Of a DNA stretch of 32,000 nt, positions 1-9,943 are shown piece after piece (the first letter of the stretch is position 1; every line of letters begins with the position of its first letter). The position numbers and the translations under genes were made by a program. Source of the DNA: Promethearchaeum syntrophicum. GTDB taxonomy: Archaea; Asgardarchaeota; Lokiarchaeia; Sigyniarchaeales; Promethearchaeaceae. The notes beneath the pieces were generated by a model. That model had not been told where the DNA came from and searched no databases. It worked only from the letters and a program-made list of their open reading frames with translations. The DNA lies in contig NZ_CP042905.2 of the NCBI RefSeq assembly GCF_008000775.2, positions 1,800,001 to 1,832,000 on the forward strand. The letters are read 5' to 3'.

Positions 1-315
1 AATCCTATCCCTAGCTCTCAAAAAACTATAAAAATCCATCCTATTTCTTCTGATCAGTTTAAAAATTCACAAAGTTCAGTCGATCTTCCAACAGAAGATC
101 TCAGCTCATTATCGTCTAAACAATTATATAGAGAATTAATAAGGTTGGAGGCAAAACAATATCATTTAATTAAGAAACAGAAAACTTTACAAGAGAAATT
201 CAATGGTAGACAAATTAGTGAATCAGATTTTATAAGTACACGTGATGTAAATAATGTAGAAGTTAAAAATTGTGTAAATAAAATTCAACAGATAAAATCA
301 ATTATAAACAGATAA
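1..315 (+). CDS. C-terminal part of a hypothetical protein (truncated by window edge), charged, probably coiled-coil
   Basis: Frame 1 is open from base 1 to TAA at 313-315; translation ends ...SLSSKQLYRELIRLEAKQYHLIKKQKTLQEKFNGRQISESDFISTRDVNNVEVKNCVNKIQQIKSIINR*. Not listed in the ORF track because its start lies outside the window. Confidence 0.55.
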   Translation, partial: NPIPSSQKTIKIHPISSDQFKNSQSSVDLPTEDLSSLSSKQLYRELIRLEAKQYHLIKKQKTLQEKFNGRQISESDFISTRDVNNVEVKNCVNKIQQIKSIINR

Positions 316-350
316 ACTTAATTATAAACAGATAAAATCAATAATAAAAA
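284..350. repeat. Short imperfect tandem repeat, period 20, about three copies of (attataaacagataaaatca)
   Basis: Read directly: ...caacagataaaatca / attataaacagataaactta / attataaacagataaaatca / ataataaa...; starts inside the upstream CDS and runs over its stop codon. Confidence 0.75.
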
Positions 351-393
351 AATACAAATAATAGTAAAATAAAATTTAATTGGAGAAAGTATC

Positions 394-798
394 ATGTCTA
401 AAGAAGAATATTCTAAACTTTTGCAATCCGCTTTTGATAACGGCATTCCCTTTATAAATATAACAGAGTTCTATTCTTATGCCCTCATTCCTCAAGGTGA
501 TAAGTGGTTGGAAATTGCATACGATTTCGGTGAGAAATCGATAGACGAAAAAAAAGAGATTGATGGAGCTTCAGCTTTTTTTAAATTATGTGAAGAAGTT
601 GAAAAAAGCATGGCTCTAGAATTAAAAGTATTTTATTTGAATAAATGGAAAGAGTTTAAAAAAGGATTATCTGGATCAGAAGGAGATAAACTTAAATCTT
701 GCATTAAAGAACTAACCACTAATTCAAATGTGTATTCAGATGAATTGCCCGTAGTGTTTAATAAAGAAGATCTTGGAAAAATTCTTAGTAAACTTTAA
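394..798 (+). CDS. Hypothetical protein, 134 aa
   Basis: ATG-initiated ORF on the strand of its neighbours with no long competing ORF; no family recognised. Confidence 0.7.
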   Translation: MSKEEYSKLLQSAFDNGIPFINITEFYSYALIPQGDKWLEIAYDFGEKSIDEKKEIDGASAFFKLCEEVEKSMALELKVFYLNKWKEFKKGLSGSEGDKLKSCIKELTTNSNVYSDELPVVFNKEDLGKILSKL

Positions 799-914
799 CC
801 TATCTTAAGTTAGAGAATTCTTTTCAAAGTTTATTTATAAGCCTCATAAAATAAAAAAGTCGAGGTTTTTTTTACTATATTATAAATAACTTATAACTCA
901 AAATGTGATCACAT

Positions 915-1397
915 ATGTCTGACCCTAAACCAATAGATTCAATACTCCGGAAGATCAAAAAAAAATGGGATTTGGATAAGGAAAATTGGTCAATATTGAG
1001 CAACCATGATAAAGATGGCAATAAAGAAATGCTTATCACTCAAGCACCTAATAGTTATTGGCTAAAAATGAAGACTGTCACTGCTAGAAGTCAAATGGCG
1101 TATGGTGTTGAATTAAAAAATTTAGATGAAGAAATCAGTAAGAAATTAGAAAAAAACAAAAAAATACCAGGAAAACCTAATACTAAACAAGAACTTATGC
1201 AATTATTTGGATTAATCGTACCGTCTAAAAAGGATATTTTATATACTGCTGGAGTTGAACAAATTTCACCTCAAAAAGTACAAACCCAAAAAGATAAAAT
1301 CGAGGAAAAAGAAAAAGACGCAGATAAATTGTTTAGATTATATTTACGAAGAAAATGGCAAAGAGAACAAGCATTAAGGGATGGATTGTATCTGTAA
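915..1397 (+). CDS. Hypothetical lysine-rich protein, 160 aa
   Basis: ATG-initiated ORF, charged C-terminus; no family recognised. Confidence 0.7.
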   Translation: MSDPKPIDSILRKIKKKWDLDKENWSILSNHDKDGNKEMLITQAPNSYWLKMKTVTARSQMAYGVELKNLDEEISKKLEKNKKIPGKPNTKQELMQLFGLIVPSKKDILYTAGVEQISPQKVQTQKDKIEEKEKDADKLFRLYLRRKWQREQALRDGLYL

Positions 1398-1409
1398 ATT
1401 ATTTAAATA

Positions 1410-2873
1410 CTAAATTCTACCATTTTTTAGATATTTTTGAGTACTTTGGTGATCAAACCAATAATTACCACTCCAACAAACCGTACATAAATCTTCTTTA
1501 GGAAGGTTCACGGCATCAATCATACCTTCCATGGATAAATACACCAAACTATCTGCATCAATCTCTTTACGCACTAATTCATTAGCTTCATCAGTAGAAG
1601 AAGCTTCAAATTCTTTCCTACAAAAAATTAATTCTTCTTTGGAGGGGAAATCTACTCCATAATGACAAGGAAATCTAATTGGTGGACAGGATGATCTAAC
1701 ATGAACTTTAACGGCCCCAGCCCATCGTAATAATTTTACAATTCTTGTCATTGTAGTTCCCCGAACAATGCTATCATCGATCAGGATAATTTCCTTCCCT
1801 TCTACAATAGCCGGAACTGGATTTAATTTCATTCTTACCAAATTCATTCTTTCAGCTTGACTTGGAGCAATAAAACTTCGAAAAACATACCTATTTTTCA
1901 TTAAACCTTCGTCATATGGAAGACCACTTTCTTTTGCATAACCCAATGCAGCAGATCGTCCTGAATCAGGTACAGGAACAACGATTGCATTATTATATTT
2001 AAATCCATGTTCCTTATCATACTTTGCAAGATTCTTTCCAAGGGCTTCCCTAGTTTTATGGATATTTTTTCCATCAATAATGCTATCTCCTCTTGCAAAA
2101 TACACATATTCAAAAATGCAATGATGGTTTTCAACTTCTAATAGTTTTTCTTGATGAAAAAAATGATCTTGGTGAACATGAATAATCTCTCCAGGTTTAA
2201 CATCTCTGATTAGTTTTCCACCTAATGAAGTTATCGCACTTGATTCTGATGCAATAATATATAATTCGGTATTTAATGATTTGACAGTTCCATAACAAAG
2301 TGGCTTATTTCCGCTCCGATAGGCATATATATCTCCTTCATTCGTTAAAATAACCAAAGAAAAAGCACCATCAAGAATTTTTGCAGTAAATTCTAAATTC
2401 TCCACCCAATCTTTCGTAACTAAAGTGTTAGAAGCAATAATATTAGCAATTACCTCTGTATCCCCATTTGTTAAGAAAATTTTACCCTTTTTACTCAATT
2501 CTTCTTTTAAAATCTTGTAATTAGTTATATTTCCATTATATACTATAGAAAAGGGAGGCGCTTGTGTAGTTTCGTAATGAAATGGTTGAGCATTTCTTAT
2601 ATCTCCAGATCCTGCTGTTCCGTACCGAACTTGACCGATTCCAACATGTCCCCATAATTTTTGCAAAATTTCTGGTTTCAATGCTTGAAAAACCAACCCA
2701 TGGTCTTTGTAGGTGTGAATTCTTTTTGAAGAATCAACAATACTTAAACCTGCAGCTTCTTGACCACGATGCTGTAAGGTCATTAAACCTCGAAAAATAA
2801 CTTGAGCGACGTCAACTGAAGGATCTCTAGCAACAACAGCAAAAACTCCACATTCTTCTCTAGGTTTAACCAT
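1410..2873 (-). CDS. purF: Amidophosphoribosyltransferase (start trimmed to MVKPREECGVF..., ORF extends to 2921)
   Basis: Class II glutamine amidotransferase N-terminus EECGVFAVV, LMTLQHRGQEAAG, and PRTase motif VVPVPDSGRSAALGYA ... EIILIDDSIVRGTTMTRIV. Trimming to internal Met at 2873 removes the overlap with purQ. Confidence 0.96.
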   Translation of the reverse strand: MVKPREECGVFAVVARDPSVDVAQVIFRGLMTLQHRGQEAAGLSIVDSSKRIHTYKDHGLVFQALKPEILQKLWGHVGIGQVRYGTAGSGDIRNAQPFHYETTQAPPFSIVYNGNITNYKILKEELSKKGKIFLTNGDTEVIANIIASNTLVTKDWVENLEFTAKILDGAFSLVILTNEGDIYAYRSGNKPLCYGTVKSLNTELYIIASESSAITSLGGKLIRDVKPGEIIHVHQDHFFHQEKLLEVENHHCIFEYVYFARGDSIIDGKNIHKTREALGKNLAKYDKEHGFKYNNAIVVPVPDSGRSAALGYAKESGLPYDEGLMKNRYVFRSFIAPSQAERMNLVRMKLNPVPAIVEGKEIILIDDSIVRGTTMTRIVKLLRWAGAVKVHVRSSCPPIRFPCHYGVDFPSKEELIFCRKEFEASSTDEANELVRKEIDADSLVYLSMEGMIDAVNLPKEDLCTVCWSGNYWFDHQSTQKYLKNGRI

Positions 2874-2886
2874 TTTTTTATTTCCT

Positions 2887-3657
2887 TCAAATTTGCTTTT
2901 TTCTGATATATTCAACTGCATTTTTGAATATTTTTAAGCCGTTTTCTGCTGGAATTTTTCCACGCGTCCATTTTGGGTGCTGATATTTATTTAAATGGCA
3001 TTCGGGATGAGGCATCATCCCAAAAATATGGCCTGAATCATTACAAATTGCAGCTATCCCATCTATTGAACCGTTTGGATTGTTGGGATATTCGTCTGGA
3101 TCATAAACAAATGGGACTAAATTTCTTTCCCACAATTTTTCCAATGTTTTTTTATCTTTAACTACAAATTGGCCTTCTCCATGTCTAACAGGAACTTCCA
3201 AATTATGTTTGTAATCGTGTGTCCATACACATGGTGACTTCAGTGGTTTTAATTGAACCCATCGCCCTTCAAATAAACCTGAAGCATTACCTATTAACGA
3301 TACTTCCTGTTGATATTGAACACCATCTAACTCGGGTAAAACACCCATTTTAACTAGAACTTGAAATCCATTGCACACACCAAAAATTAATTTATCTGCA
3401 TTTATGAAATTAGTTAAATCTTCTCTTAAATTATATCGAAACTTATTAGCTAGAACGCGTCCAGAACCAAGATCATCAGCAAACGCAAAACCTCCCGGAA
3501 ACATCAATATATTGTAATTTTCCAAGTTTTCTTTTTTATTGATTAAATCATTAACATGTACGCGATTTACGATATCTGCTCCTGCGAGTTCAAATGCATA
3601 TTTCGATTCATAGTCAGAGTTAATACCAAAACCAGTAATAATACATACATTGACCAT
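2887..3657 (-). CDS. purQ: Phosphoribosylformylglycinamidine synthase, glutamine amidotransferase subunit
   Basis: VCIITGFGINSDYE, MFPGGFAFADDLGSGRV, FGVCNGFQVLVKMGVLP and GMMPHPECH match the class I GATase of PurQ. Confidence 0.94.
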   Translation of the reverse strand: MVNVCIITGFGINSDYESKYAFELAGADIVNRVHVNDLINKKENLENYNILMFPGGFAFADDLGSGRVLANKFRYNLREDLTNFINADKLIFGVCNGFQVLVKMGVLPELDGVQYQQEVSLIGNASGLFEGRWVQLKPLKSPCVWTHDYKHNLEVPVRHGEGQFVVKDKKTLEKLWERNLVPFVYDPDEYPNNPNGSIDGIAAICNDSGHIFGMMPHPECHLNKYQHPKWTRGKIPAENGLKIFKNAVEYIRKKQI

Positions 3658-3659
3658 AA

Positions 3660-6587
3660 TTATTTACCTCCGTATATGGGTTTTAGCGTAGCTTGCCAAG
3701 ATTCTTTTAATTCTGCAATCGGAACATCGATAATAGTTTCGCCATCATTTCCGATGATATTTAAATTAGTTCCTTTAACAACCCCAATGTTGGCAAATTC
3801 TGTTCCTTCAATCATAATTTCAAAAATACCTTTATTTTCTGGTGTTATCGTTAATATTAATCTACTAGCTGATTCTGAGAATAAAATAATATCATCTCTT
3901 AGGTATTCATCACAGGGTATTAATGAGAAATCAATTTCCATACCAAATCCTCCAGCAAAAGCGGATTCTGCGAGAGCTACTCCTATCCCTCCATCAGAAC
4001 AATCATGACATGATAAAACTAATCCTTGTTGGATTGCTTTATATAAAAGTCGATATCTCTCTATAGCTGATTTCGGGTCTACTTGAGGAACAGAAACTCC
4101 TTTTAAATTAAGTTCATCTAGATATTCAGTTGATCCCAGTTCATTTTTTGTTATTCCTAAAATGTAAACTAAATCCCCTTCATTTTTTACATCCATTGTT
4201 ACTGCTTTTCTAACATCTGGTAGTTTTCCCATAACTGAAAAGAGCATTGTAGGTGGGACACTGACGCTAATTTCACCTATTCTATAATCATTTCTCATAG
4301 AATCTTTTCCTGAAATACATGGTAATCCAAAATTGGTTGTAATATCGTATAGTGCTTTATTAGCCCGAACTAATTCGCCTACATATTTTTCTTCATCTTC
4401 TTCTGTAAAACCCATTGCCCAGCAAAAATTATCTAAACCAGCTAAATAATCTGGATTCGTACCTACGCACACAACATTCCTAACTGCTTCATCGATGGCG
4501 TTGGTAACCATAGCATAAGTGTCAATATCTGAATATCTAGGACACATACCATGGGATACCCCTACACCTTCCCAAGAATCGAAAATTGGCCGTATAACCG
4601 CTGCATCACTGGGACCATCATTTTCAATACCCATGAATGGTTTTACTATACTTCCTCCTTGGACTTCATGATCATATTGTCTTAATATGGATTCTTTGGA
4701 ACAAATATTTAAACGGCCCAGCATGTTTTTAAGAGTTTCTGTTAGATTTTTAGGGCAATCGAAAATTGGATCATTAATTGTTGGATTATTCCAAAAACCT
4801 TTCAGTTTTTTCTGGGGAACTCCATTATGTAGAAATTCCATCGAGATATTCCCCACCATATTATTATCATAATAGAATTGGAATTGTTTTGAATTATTAA
4901 ATTCTCCAATTATAGTAGATTCTACATCATATTTCTTAGATAAAGATAAAAATTCATCAATATTATTTTTTGGAACCGCTATCGTCATGCGTTCTTGAGC
5001 TTCACTAATCAAGATTTCCCATGGCATTAATCCAGGATATTTCAAAGGAGCCTTTTCCAAATCTAAGCGAACACCTATATCCTCACCCATTTCCCCCACA
5101 CTTGATGAGATCCCACCCGCTCCATTATCTGTAATTGCATGAAATAGTTCTTTATCCCTTGCTTCCAAAAGGAAATCCAATAATTTCTTTTGAGTAAAAG
5201 GGGATCCTATTTGAACTGCTGTTGCAGGAGAACTTTCGTTAATTTCTAATGAAGAGAATGTAGCTCCATGAATTCCATCTGCACCCACCTTTCCTCCAGA
5301 CATTACTACAAAATCTCCTGGTTCAGGATGTTTTTCATGGGTTGGTTTATCATTAATACTTGCTGGTGCAATCCCTCCGGTCCCCACAAATACTAGAGGT
5401 TTCCCTAAATATCGTTCATCAAAATATAAACTACCATTTACTGTAGGAATCCCCGATTGATTTCCACCATCTATGACACCTTTATGGACTCCCTTTAATA
5501 CTCTTCTAGGGTGAAATAATCTGGGGGGGATTTCTCCCTCAAAAAAAGGACTTGCAAAACAAAACACATCAGTATTAAAAATTAATTTGAACCCTTTTCC
5601 AGTTCCCGCAGGATCTCTATTACATCCCACAATACCTGTGAGTGCTCCTCCATATGGATCCAATGCTGTAGGGGAATTATGAGTTTCAACTTTCATTGCA
5701 ATTGTGAATTCATCATTAAATTTTATTACACCTGCATTATCTTTAAAAACTGAAACCAAATAATTTGAATTGATTTTATCTGTGGCTCCTTTAATGTAAG
5801 TTTTAAAAACGGAATCAATGGTTTCTATCTTTTCTCCTTCAGTGTATTCGATTAAAGCATTAAAAATTTTATGTTTGCAATGTTCTGACCAAGTTTGAGC
5901 TATACATTCAACTTCAACATCAGTAGGATTAAGTGAAAGACCAAGTTTTTCTCGTTCTTCTTTGTTTTCTTTAAAATAGTCTCGAATGGCTTTCATTTCT
6001 TCTAAATTTAAAGCTAATACATGAATTTTACTAATATCTATTAAATTTTGGTCCGAACCCGATAAATCAAACTCATTTACACTTGGAACTTTGTTTATTA
6101 CAACTTTAGGAATATAGGGTTCAAATCCTTGGTAGGACATCCCTTCAACTATATTCCATCTTTCAATTAATTCATTAGCAATTAAATCATGAGTAATTAA
6201 TTCTGCGACATTTTTAGAAATCCCATAAAACAGATATTGTTTAGAAGAATAAACTTCGTCGACTTCTTTCTGTAAAGCGTCTTTTATTGCCTGTTTTGCT
6301 GTTTGTCCAACATTATCTGTGACTCCAGGTTTAAAACCGACTTCCACAATAGTTCCATTAATTTTCTTGGAAAACGGTTTGTTTATACTAAATTTTTCAA
6401 CAATTTGATCTGATAAAACTTCTTTTCCCAAAAATTCAAGTTCTTCTTGATTTAAATCCCCCACGATGGTATAAACGTTAATAATTTGAACTTTTTTTAT
6501 ATTTAGAATACCTAAATCTATCATAATTGCATTTTTAATATTTACATTGGTAGAAATCCCAACTTCTATTCTATGTACATTCTGCAC
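3660..6587 (-). CDS. purL: Phosphoribosylformylglycinamidine synthase, PurS-PurL fusion type (975 aa, GTG start)
   Basis: N-terminal about 80 aa PurS-like (HRIEVGISTN...DLGI..VQIINVYTIVGDL); then WSEHCKHK, ETHNSPTALDPYGGALTGIVGCNRDP, GVGVSHGMCPRYSDIDTYAM, SGKDSMRNDY. Ends 2 nt before the purQ ATG. Confidence 0.95.
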   Translation of the reverse strand: MQNVHRIEVGISTNVNIKNAIMIDLGILNIKKVQIINVYTIVGDLNQEELEFLGKEVLSDQIVEKFSINKPFSKKINGTIVEVGFKPGVTDNVGQTAKQAIKDALQKEVDEVYSSKQYLFYGISKNVAELITHDLIANELIERWNIVEGMSYQGFEPYIPKVVINKVPSVNEFDLSGSDQNLIDISKIHVLALNLEEMKAIRDYFKENKEEREKLGLSLNPTDVEVECIAQTWSEHCKHKIFNALIEYTEGEKIETIDSVFKTYIKGATDKINSNYLVSVFKDNAGVIKFNDEFTIAMKVETHNSPTALDPYGGALTGIVGCNRDPAGTGKGFKLIFNTDVFCFASPFFEGEIPPRLFHPRRVLKGVHKGVIDGGNQSGIPTVNGSLYFDERYLGKPLVFVGTGGIAPASINDKPTHEKHPEPGDFVVMSGGKVGADGIHGATFSSLEINESSPATAVQIGSPFTQKKLLDFLLEARDKELFHAITDNGAGGISSSVGEMGEDIGVRLDLEKAPLKYPGLMPWEILISEAQERMTIAVPKNNIDEFLSLSKKYDVESTIIGEFNNSKQFQFYYDNNMVGNISMEFLHNGVPQKKLKGFWNNPTINDPIFDCPKNLTETLKNMLGRLNICSKESILRQYDHEVQGGSIVKPFMGIENDGPSDAAVIRPIFDSWEGVGVSHGMCPRYSDIDTYAMVTNAIDEAVRNVVCVGTNPDYLAGLDNFCWAMGFTEEDEEKYVGELVRANKALYDITTNFGLPCISGKDSMRNDYRIGEISVSVPPTMLFSVMGKLPDVRKAVTMDVKNEGDLVYILGITKNELGSTEYLDELNLKGVSVPQVDPKSAIERYRLLYKAIQQGLVLSCHDCSDGGIGVALAESAFAGGFGMEIDFSLIPCDEYLRDDIILFSESASRLILTITPENKGIFEIMIEGTEFANIGVVKGTNLNIIGNDGETIIDVPIAELKESWQATLKPIYGGK

Positions 6588-6710
6588 GAGTGAATCGACT
6601 CTTTAAAACATATAATTTTATTAAATTCTCAAGTAAAACAATGGAAATCCATATAACAATTTTTTTATAAAAAAAAACAAATCCAAAAATAAAAATTGAA
6701 GAATGATTTA

Positions 6711-7118
6711 ATGCCTCACATGAAAGTTTATTTAGCCATTAAATATCATCAAGATAATTCTAACAGGGAATTAATTATGCAAGTATTGCATGAATTGGAA
6801 TCGGTTGGGATTGAAACAATTTCTATAATGCGGGATTTTGAACAATGGGGAAAAGTACAGTATACCCCTCAAGAATTGATGAAATTATGCTTCGACAAAA
6901 TAGACCACTGTGATGCTATCATAATTGAGTTTTCAGAAAAGGGTGTGGGATTGGGGATTGAAGCAGGGTATAGTTTTGCTAAAGGAATCCCGATATATGC
7001 CATTGCAAAAATTGGGGCGGATATCTCAACAACTTTACAAGGTTTGACCAAAAATATCTATTTTTATGAGAAAATGGCTGAATTAAAAGAAATTTTTGAT
7101 AAAATGAAAGGAATATAA
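6711..7118 (+). CDS. Nucleoside 2-deoxyribosyltransferase-like protein (ORF open from TTG at 6696)
   Basis: KVYLAIKYHQDNSN...DHCDAIIIEFSEKGVGLGIEAGYSFAKGIPIYAIAK has the shape of the nucleoside 2-deoxyribosyltransferase-like fold (D-A-x-x-x-E, G-x-E-x-G-Y). Confidence 0.7.
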   Translation: MPHMKVYLAIKYHQDNSNRELIMQVLHELESVGIETISIMRDFEQWGKVQYTPQELMKLCFDKIDHCDAIIIEFSEKGVGLGIEAGYSFAKGIPIYAIAKIGADISTTLQGLTKNIYFYEKMAELKEIFDKMKGI

Positions 7119-7134
7119 TCAATCCCTATATTTA

Positions 7135-7172
7135 GAGAGGAAAATGAAATTCATTTCGATTTTTTCTCAAAA
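7135..7172. terminator. Possible hairpin plus T-/A-run between convergent genes
   Basis: gagaggaaaatgaaattcatttcgattttttctcaaaaaaaa: imperfect inverted repeat followed by a homopolymer run, between converging 3' ends. Confidence 0.3.
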
Positions 7173-7186
7173 AAAAAAACAAAGCA

Positions 7187-8143
7187 CTAAACCCCAAGAT
7201 TGTTTTTTATTCTTTCAACTATTGAACCCTCTATTACGGGTTGAAATTTCATTCCAGTAATCATTTCATAAGATTTCACATATCTTTTTACAAATTCTAC
7301 CTTAATATCATCGGGTATACTTGGAATAACCCCTTCGCCCATATAACTCTTCTCATTTATCAGCCATTGTCTGAAAAATTCTTTATCTAATATATCTGGT
7401 TTTTGCTCATTTGAGAATTTGTTTGCATAAGAGTCTTGTATCCAAAATCGCGACGCATCCGGGGTGAATATTTCATCTATAACAACTAATTCATCTTCTG
7501 GAGTAATTCCAAATTCAAATTTACAATCAACTAAAATTAGATTATTTGAAGAACATAGTTTTGAAGCAAATTCAAAAAGCTTCAATGTTTTCTCTTCTAT
7601 TTCTGCATAAATATCTCGATTAACCAGTCCTTTTCCAATTATTTCTTCGCGGGAAATAGGCATGTCATGTTCACCAACTTCTGCCTTAGTAGTGGGTGTC
7701 AAAACAAGATCTGGAAATTTCTGATAATTTTTTAAACCCTCAGGGAATATTATGCCGGAAACGGATTCTCCTTTTTGATAAGCTCTCCATGCACTTCCTG
7801 TTATATAGGCCCTAACTATCATTTCAACCGGTAATGTTTTACAATTATGGGCTCTCACTACATTCACATCAGGAATATCGATAATATGATTAGCTGCTAT
7901 ATGTTTAGTTTTCTCAAACCAAAAAGCGGACATTTGATTTAATAATTGACCTTTAAAAGGTATCGTAGTAATAACTCTATCAAATGCGCTAAGCCTATCA
8001 GTAGAGATTATTGTTCTAACTCCGGTGGTATCATTAATATAATTCTCTCGTACCTTTCCTTGATATCTTCTTCCCAAATTAGGTAAATCTATCTCATTTA
8101 AAGTGTTTCCTAACTGATCCCGAATTAAATTCTCATCAATCAT
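7187..8143 (-). CDS. purC: Phosphoribosylaminoimidazole-succinocarboxamide synthase
   Basis: GRRYQGKVRENY, ISTDRLSAFDRVITTIPFKGQLLNQMSAFWF, VRAYITGSAWRAYQKG, LVDCKFEFG, VIDEIFTPDASRFW. Confidence 0.96.
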   Translation of the reverse strand: MIDENLIRDQLGNTLNEIDLPNLGRRYQGKVRENYINDTTGVRTIISTDRLSAFDRVITTIPFKGQLLNQMSAFWFEKTKHIAANHIIDIPDVNVVRAHNCKTLPVEMIVRAYITGSAWRAYQKGESVSGIIFPEGLKNYQKFPDLVLTPTTKAEVGEHDMPISREEIIGKGLVNRDIYAEIEEKTLKLFEFASKLCSSNNLILVDCKFEFGITPEDELVVIDEIFTPDASRFWIQDSYANKFSNEQKPDILDKEFFRQWLINEKSYMGEGVIPSIPDDIKVEFVKRYVKSYEMITGMKFQPVIEGSIVERIKNNLGV

Positions 8144-8195
8144 GCTAATCTATAAAAATAATTGTGCAATTAAAAAGTAATCTATGAATGGATTA

Positions 8196-8549
8196 TTACT
8201 GCTTTTTATAATTCTTTGCTGAAAATTCTTTGATTGGGTATTTTATTGCGTTCTTCTCAATTTTTTGCGCGATTATTTCTGTAAAATTTTCCAATTTCAA
8301 TGAATTTACTAAATTTATTAAATATATAAATACATCCGCCATTTCATCAGTGAGGGAATCAAGATTTTTAGGAACGAAATCGTCAGATTGAAATAAAAAA
8401 ACTTCTAATAATTCCGCGGCTTCAATGTTTAACGCTATTGCAAGAGCTTTAGGTGAATGGTATTGATTCCAATCTCTTTCATCTATAAAATTTTTAACTT
8501 TCCTCCTAAAATCCATAATTGTTGTACTTGAATCGTTTTTTAAATCCAT
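8196..8549 (-). CDS. MazG-like nucleotide pyrophosphohydrolase (dCTPase-like)
   Basis: DFRRKVKNFIDERDWNQYHSPKALAIALNIEAAELLEVFL...LTDEMADVFIYLINLVNSL, the EExxE/ExxD MazG-like signature. Confidence 0.88.
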   Translation of the reverse strand: MDLKNDSSTTIMDFRRKVKNFIDERDWNQYHSPKALAIALNIEAAELLEVFLFQSDDFVPKNLDSLTDEMADVFIYLINLVNSLKLENFTEIIAQKIEKNAIKYPIKEFSAKNYKKQ

Positions 8550-8564
8550 GATTGTTCATCTAAA

Positions 8565-9404
8565 TTATTTATTTCTTATTATTTTGTGTTTTATTAAAAA
8601 ATTAAAAATTGTTTCATTATATTCTTGAAATATCTGTGATAATCCAAAATGTCCTGTCATTTTTACAATATGCAGTTCAGAATCTGCTATTTCATCGTGC
8701 ATTTCTTTAGACATATAAAAAGGAGCAAAATTATCTAGTTCTGCTCCCATAATTAAACATGGACAAATTATTGGAGAAGGATCTAATCCTAATTCAGTCA
8801 TATCTAATATTTCAGCGCGAATTTTTTCCTTCAATATCTCTTTTTCCGAATTTGAAGTTTCAATATCTTCAGGTTCAATTGCCCCGTGAATAAATGGTAA
8901 AGTTCTATCAATAATAGTATCTATAGATGTCTGAGCTATTTTCTTAAAATTAATTCGTGTAAACTGAGGAAGAAGATTCCAGAAAATATTACGGATTGTA
9001 TTATCCAATTTTAAAGTTCCTCCATTTAAAATAATAAGAAATGACACCTTTTCAGGGTTACTCAATGCATACTCTAACGATACACAGCTTCCAAATAAAC
9101 TATGCCCTATAAATCCAAATTTTGAATCAATTTCCAAGAGATTTAGTAAGTGCTGGAGATCATTTACTGTCTGTTCAATAAGATTTTCTTGTAAATCTTC
9201 CTTAGAACTCTCACTTTTTCCATGGCCAACCGCATCAAATAGTATAATTTGAAAATGTTTCTTAAGGAAAGGAATCTGTTTTGCAAACATTGTTAAAGAT
9301 GAACCATATCCGTGAACCAGAACAATTTTTGGAAAGTGATCTTTTTCACCATTAATCACTCTATAATACACATTCAGTGAGAGTTGATTTTTGAAAAAGG
9401 GCAT
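8565..9404 (-). CDS. Alpha/beta hydrolase
   Basis: KIVLVHGYGSSLTMF, LFDAVGHGKSE, nucleophile elbow GFIGHSLFGSCVSLEYA, late His in KMTGHFGL. Confidence 0.88.
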   Translation of the reverse strand: MPFFKNQLSLNVYYRVINGEKDHFPKIVLVHGYGSSLTMFAKQIPFLKKHFQIILFDAVGHGKSESSKEDLQENLIEQTVNDLQHLLNLLEIDSKFGFIGHSLFGSCVSLEYALSNPEKVSFLIILNGGTLKLDNTIRNIFWNLLPQFTRINFKKIAQTSIDTIIDRTLPFIHGAIEPEDIETSNSEKEILKEKIRAEILDMTELGLDPSPIICPCLIMGAELDNFAPFYMSKEMHDEIADSELHIVKMTGHFGLSQIFQEYNETIFNFLIKHKIIRNK

Positions 9405-9455
9405 TAGAATAGATAATACGAAAAAATATAAAAAAAATTACAACTGGATTAAATC

Positions 9456-9803
9456 ATGATAGAATTTTTTCAAGAGATCCTGATATCATTAAAAAAAATT
9501 AAAGGTATTCATGGAAGTGCAATAATTGAAAGGTACGGGGGTATAATTAGTTCAACATTACCTGGTTGGGTAAACCAAGAATTAATTGCAGCGTTGGCTA
9601 CTCATATCTTGAAAATTAGCGAAAAATCCGCTTCTGAATTAAATTTAGGGACTTTTTTGGATGCAATTATTGAGAATGAAAGAGGAAAATTACTCTTTTA
9701 TGCCATAGGTGATAAAATCGTTAGTGTTATCACAACTCATGATGCAAAATTGGGGATTTTAGATATGAAACTCAGGGCTGCTTTAGAAAAATTGAAATTT
9801 TAA
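9456..9803 (+). CDS. Roadblock/LC7-type small protein
   Basis: 115 aa; LKKIKGIHGSAIIERYGGIISSTLPGW...ILKISEKSASELNLGTFLDAIIENERGKLLFYAIGDKIVSVITTHDAKLGILDMKLRAALEKL. Confidence 0.85.
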   Translation: MIEFFQEILISLKKIKGIHGSAIIERYGGIISSTLPGWVNQELIAALATHILKISEKSASELNLGTFLDAIIENERGKLLFYAIGDKIVSVITTHDAKLGILDMKLRAALEKLKF

Positions 9804-9943
9804 AAAAGCTACTTGTAGAAAATTCGCTATAATCCTCAACAATTGAAACGATACTTATAATGCTAATTTTTCAGATTTAATATTTTGATTTAATTTTTAG
9901 GAGAAAAATTAACCTTTTTGACAAAAAAGTAAAGCTTATAATT

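Noticed and set aside
1901-2800. Plus-strand and minus-strand small ORFs at 1901-2134 and 2582-2800
   Set aside because: Overlap purF on another frame; no recognisable family.
3556-4008. 150-aa ORF on the plus strand
   Set aside because: Fully antisense to purQ/purL; the opposite strand has unmistakable conserved protein motifs, so this is a shadow ORF.
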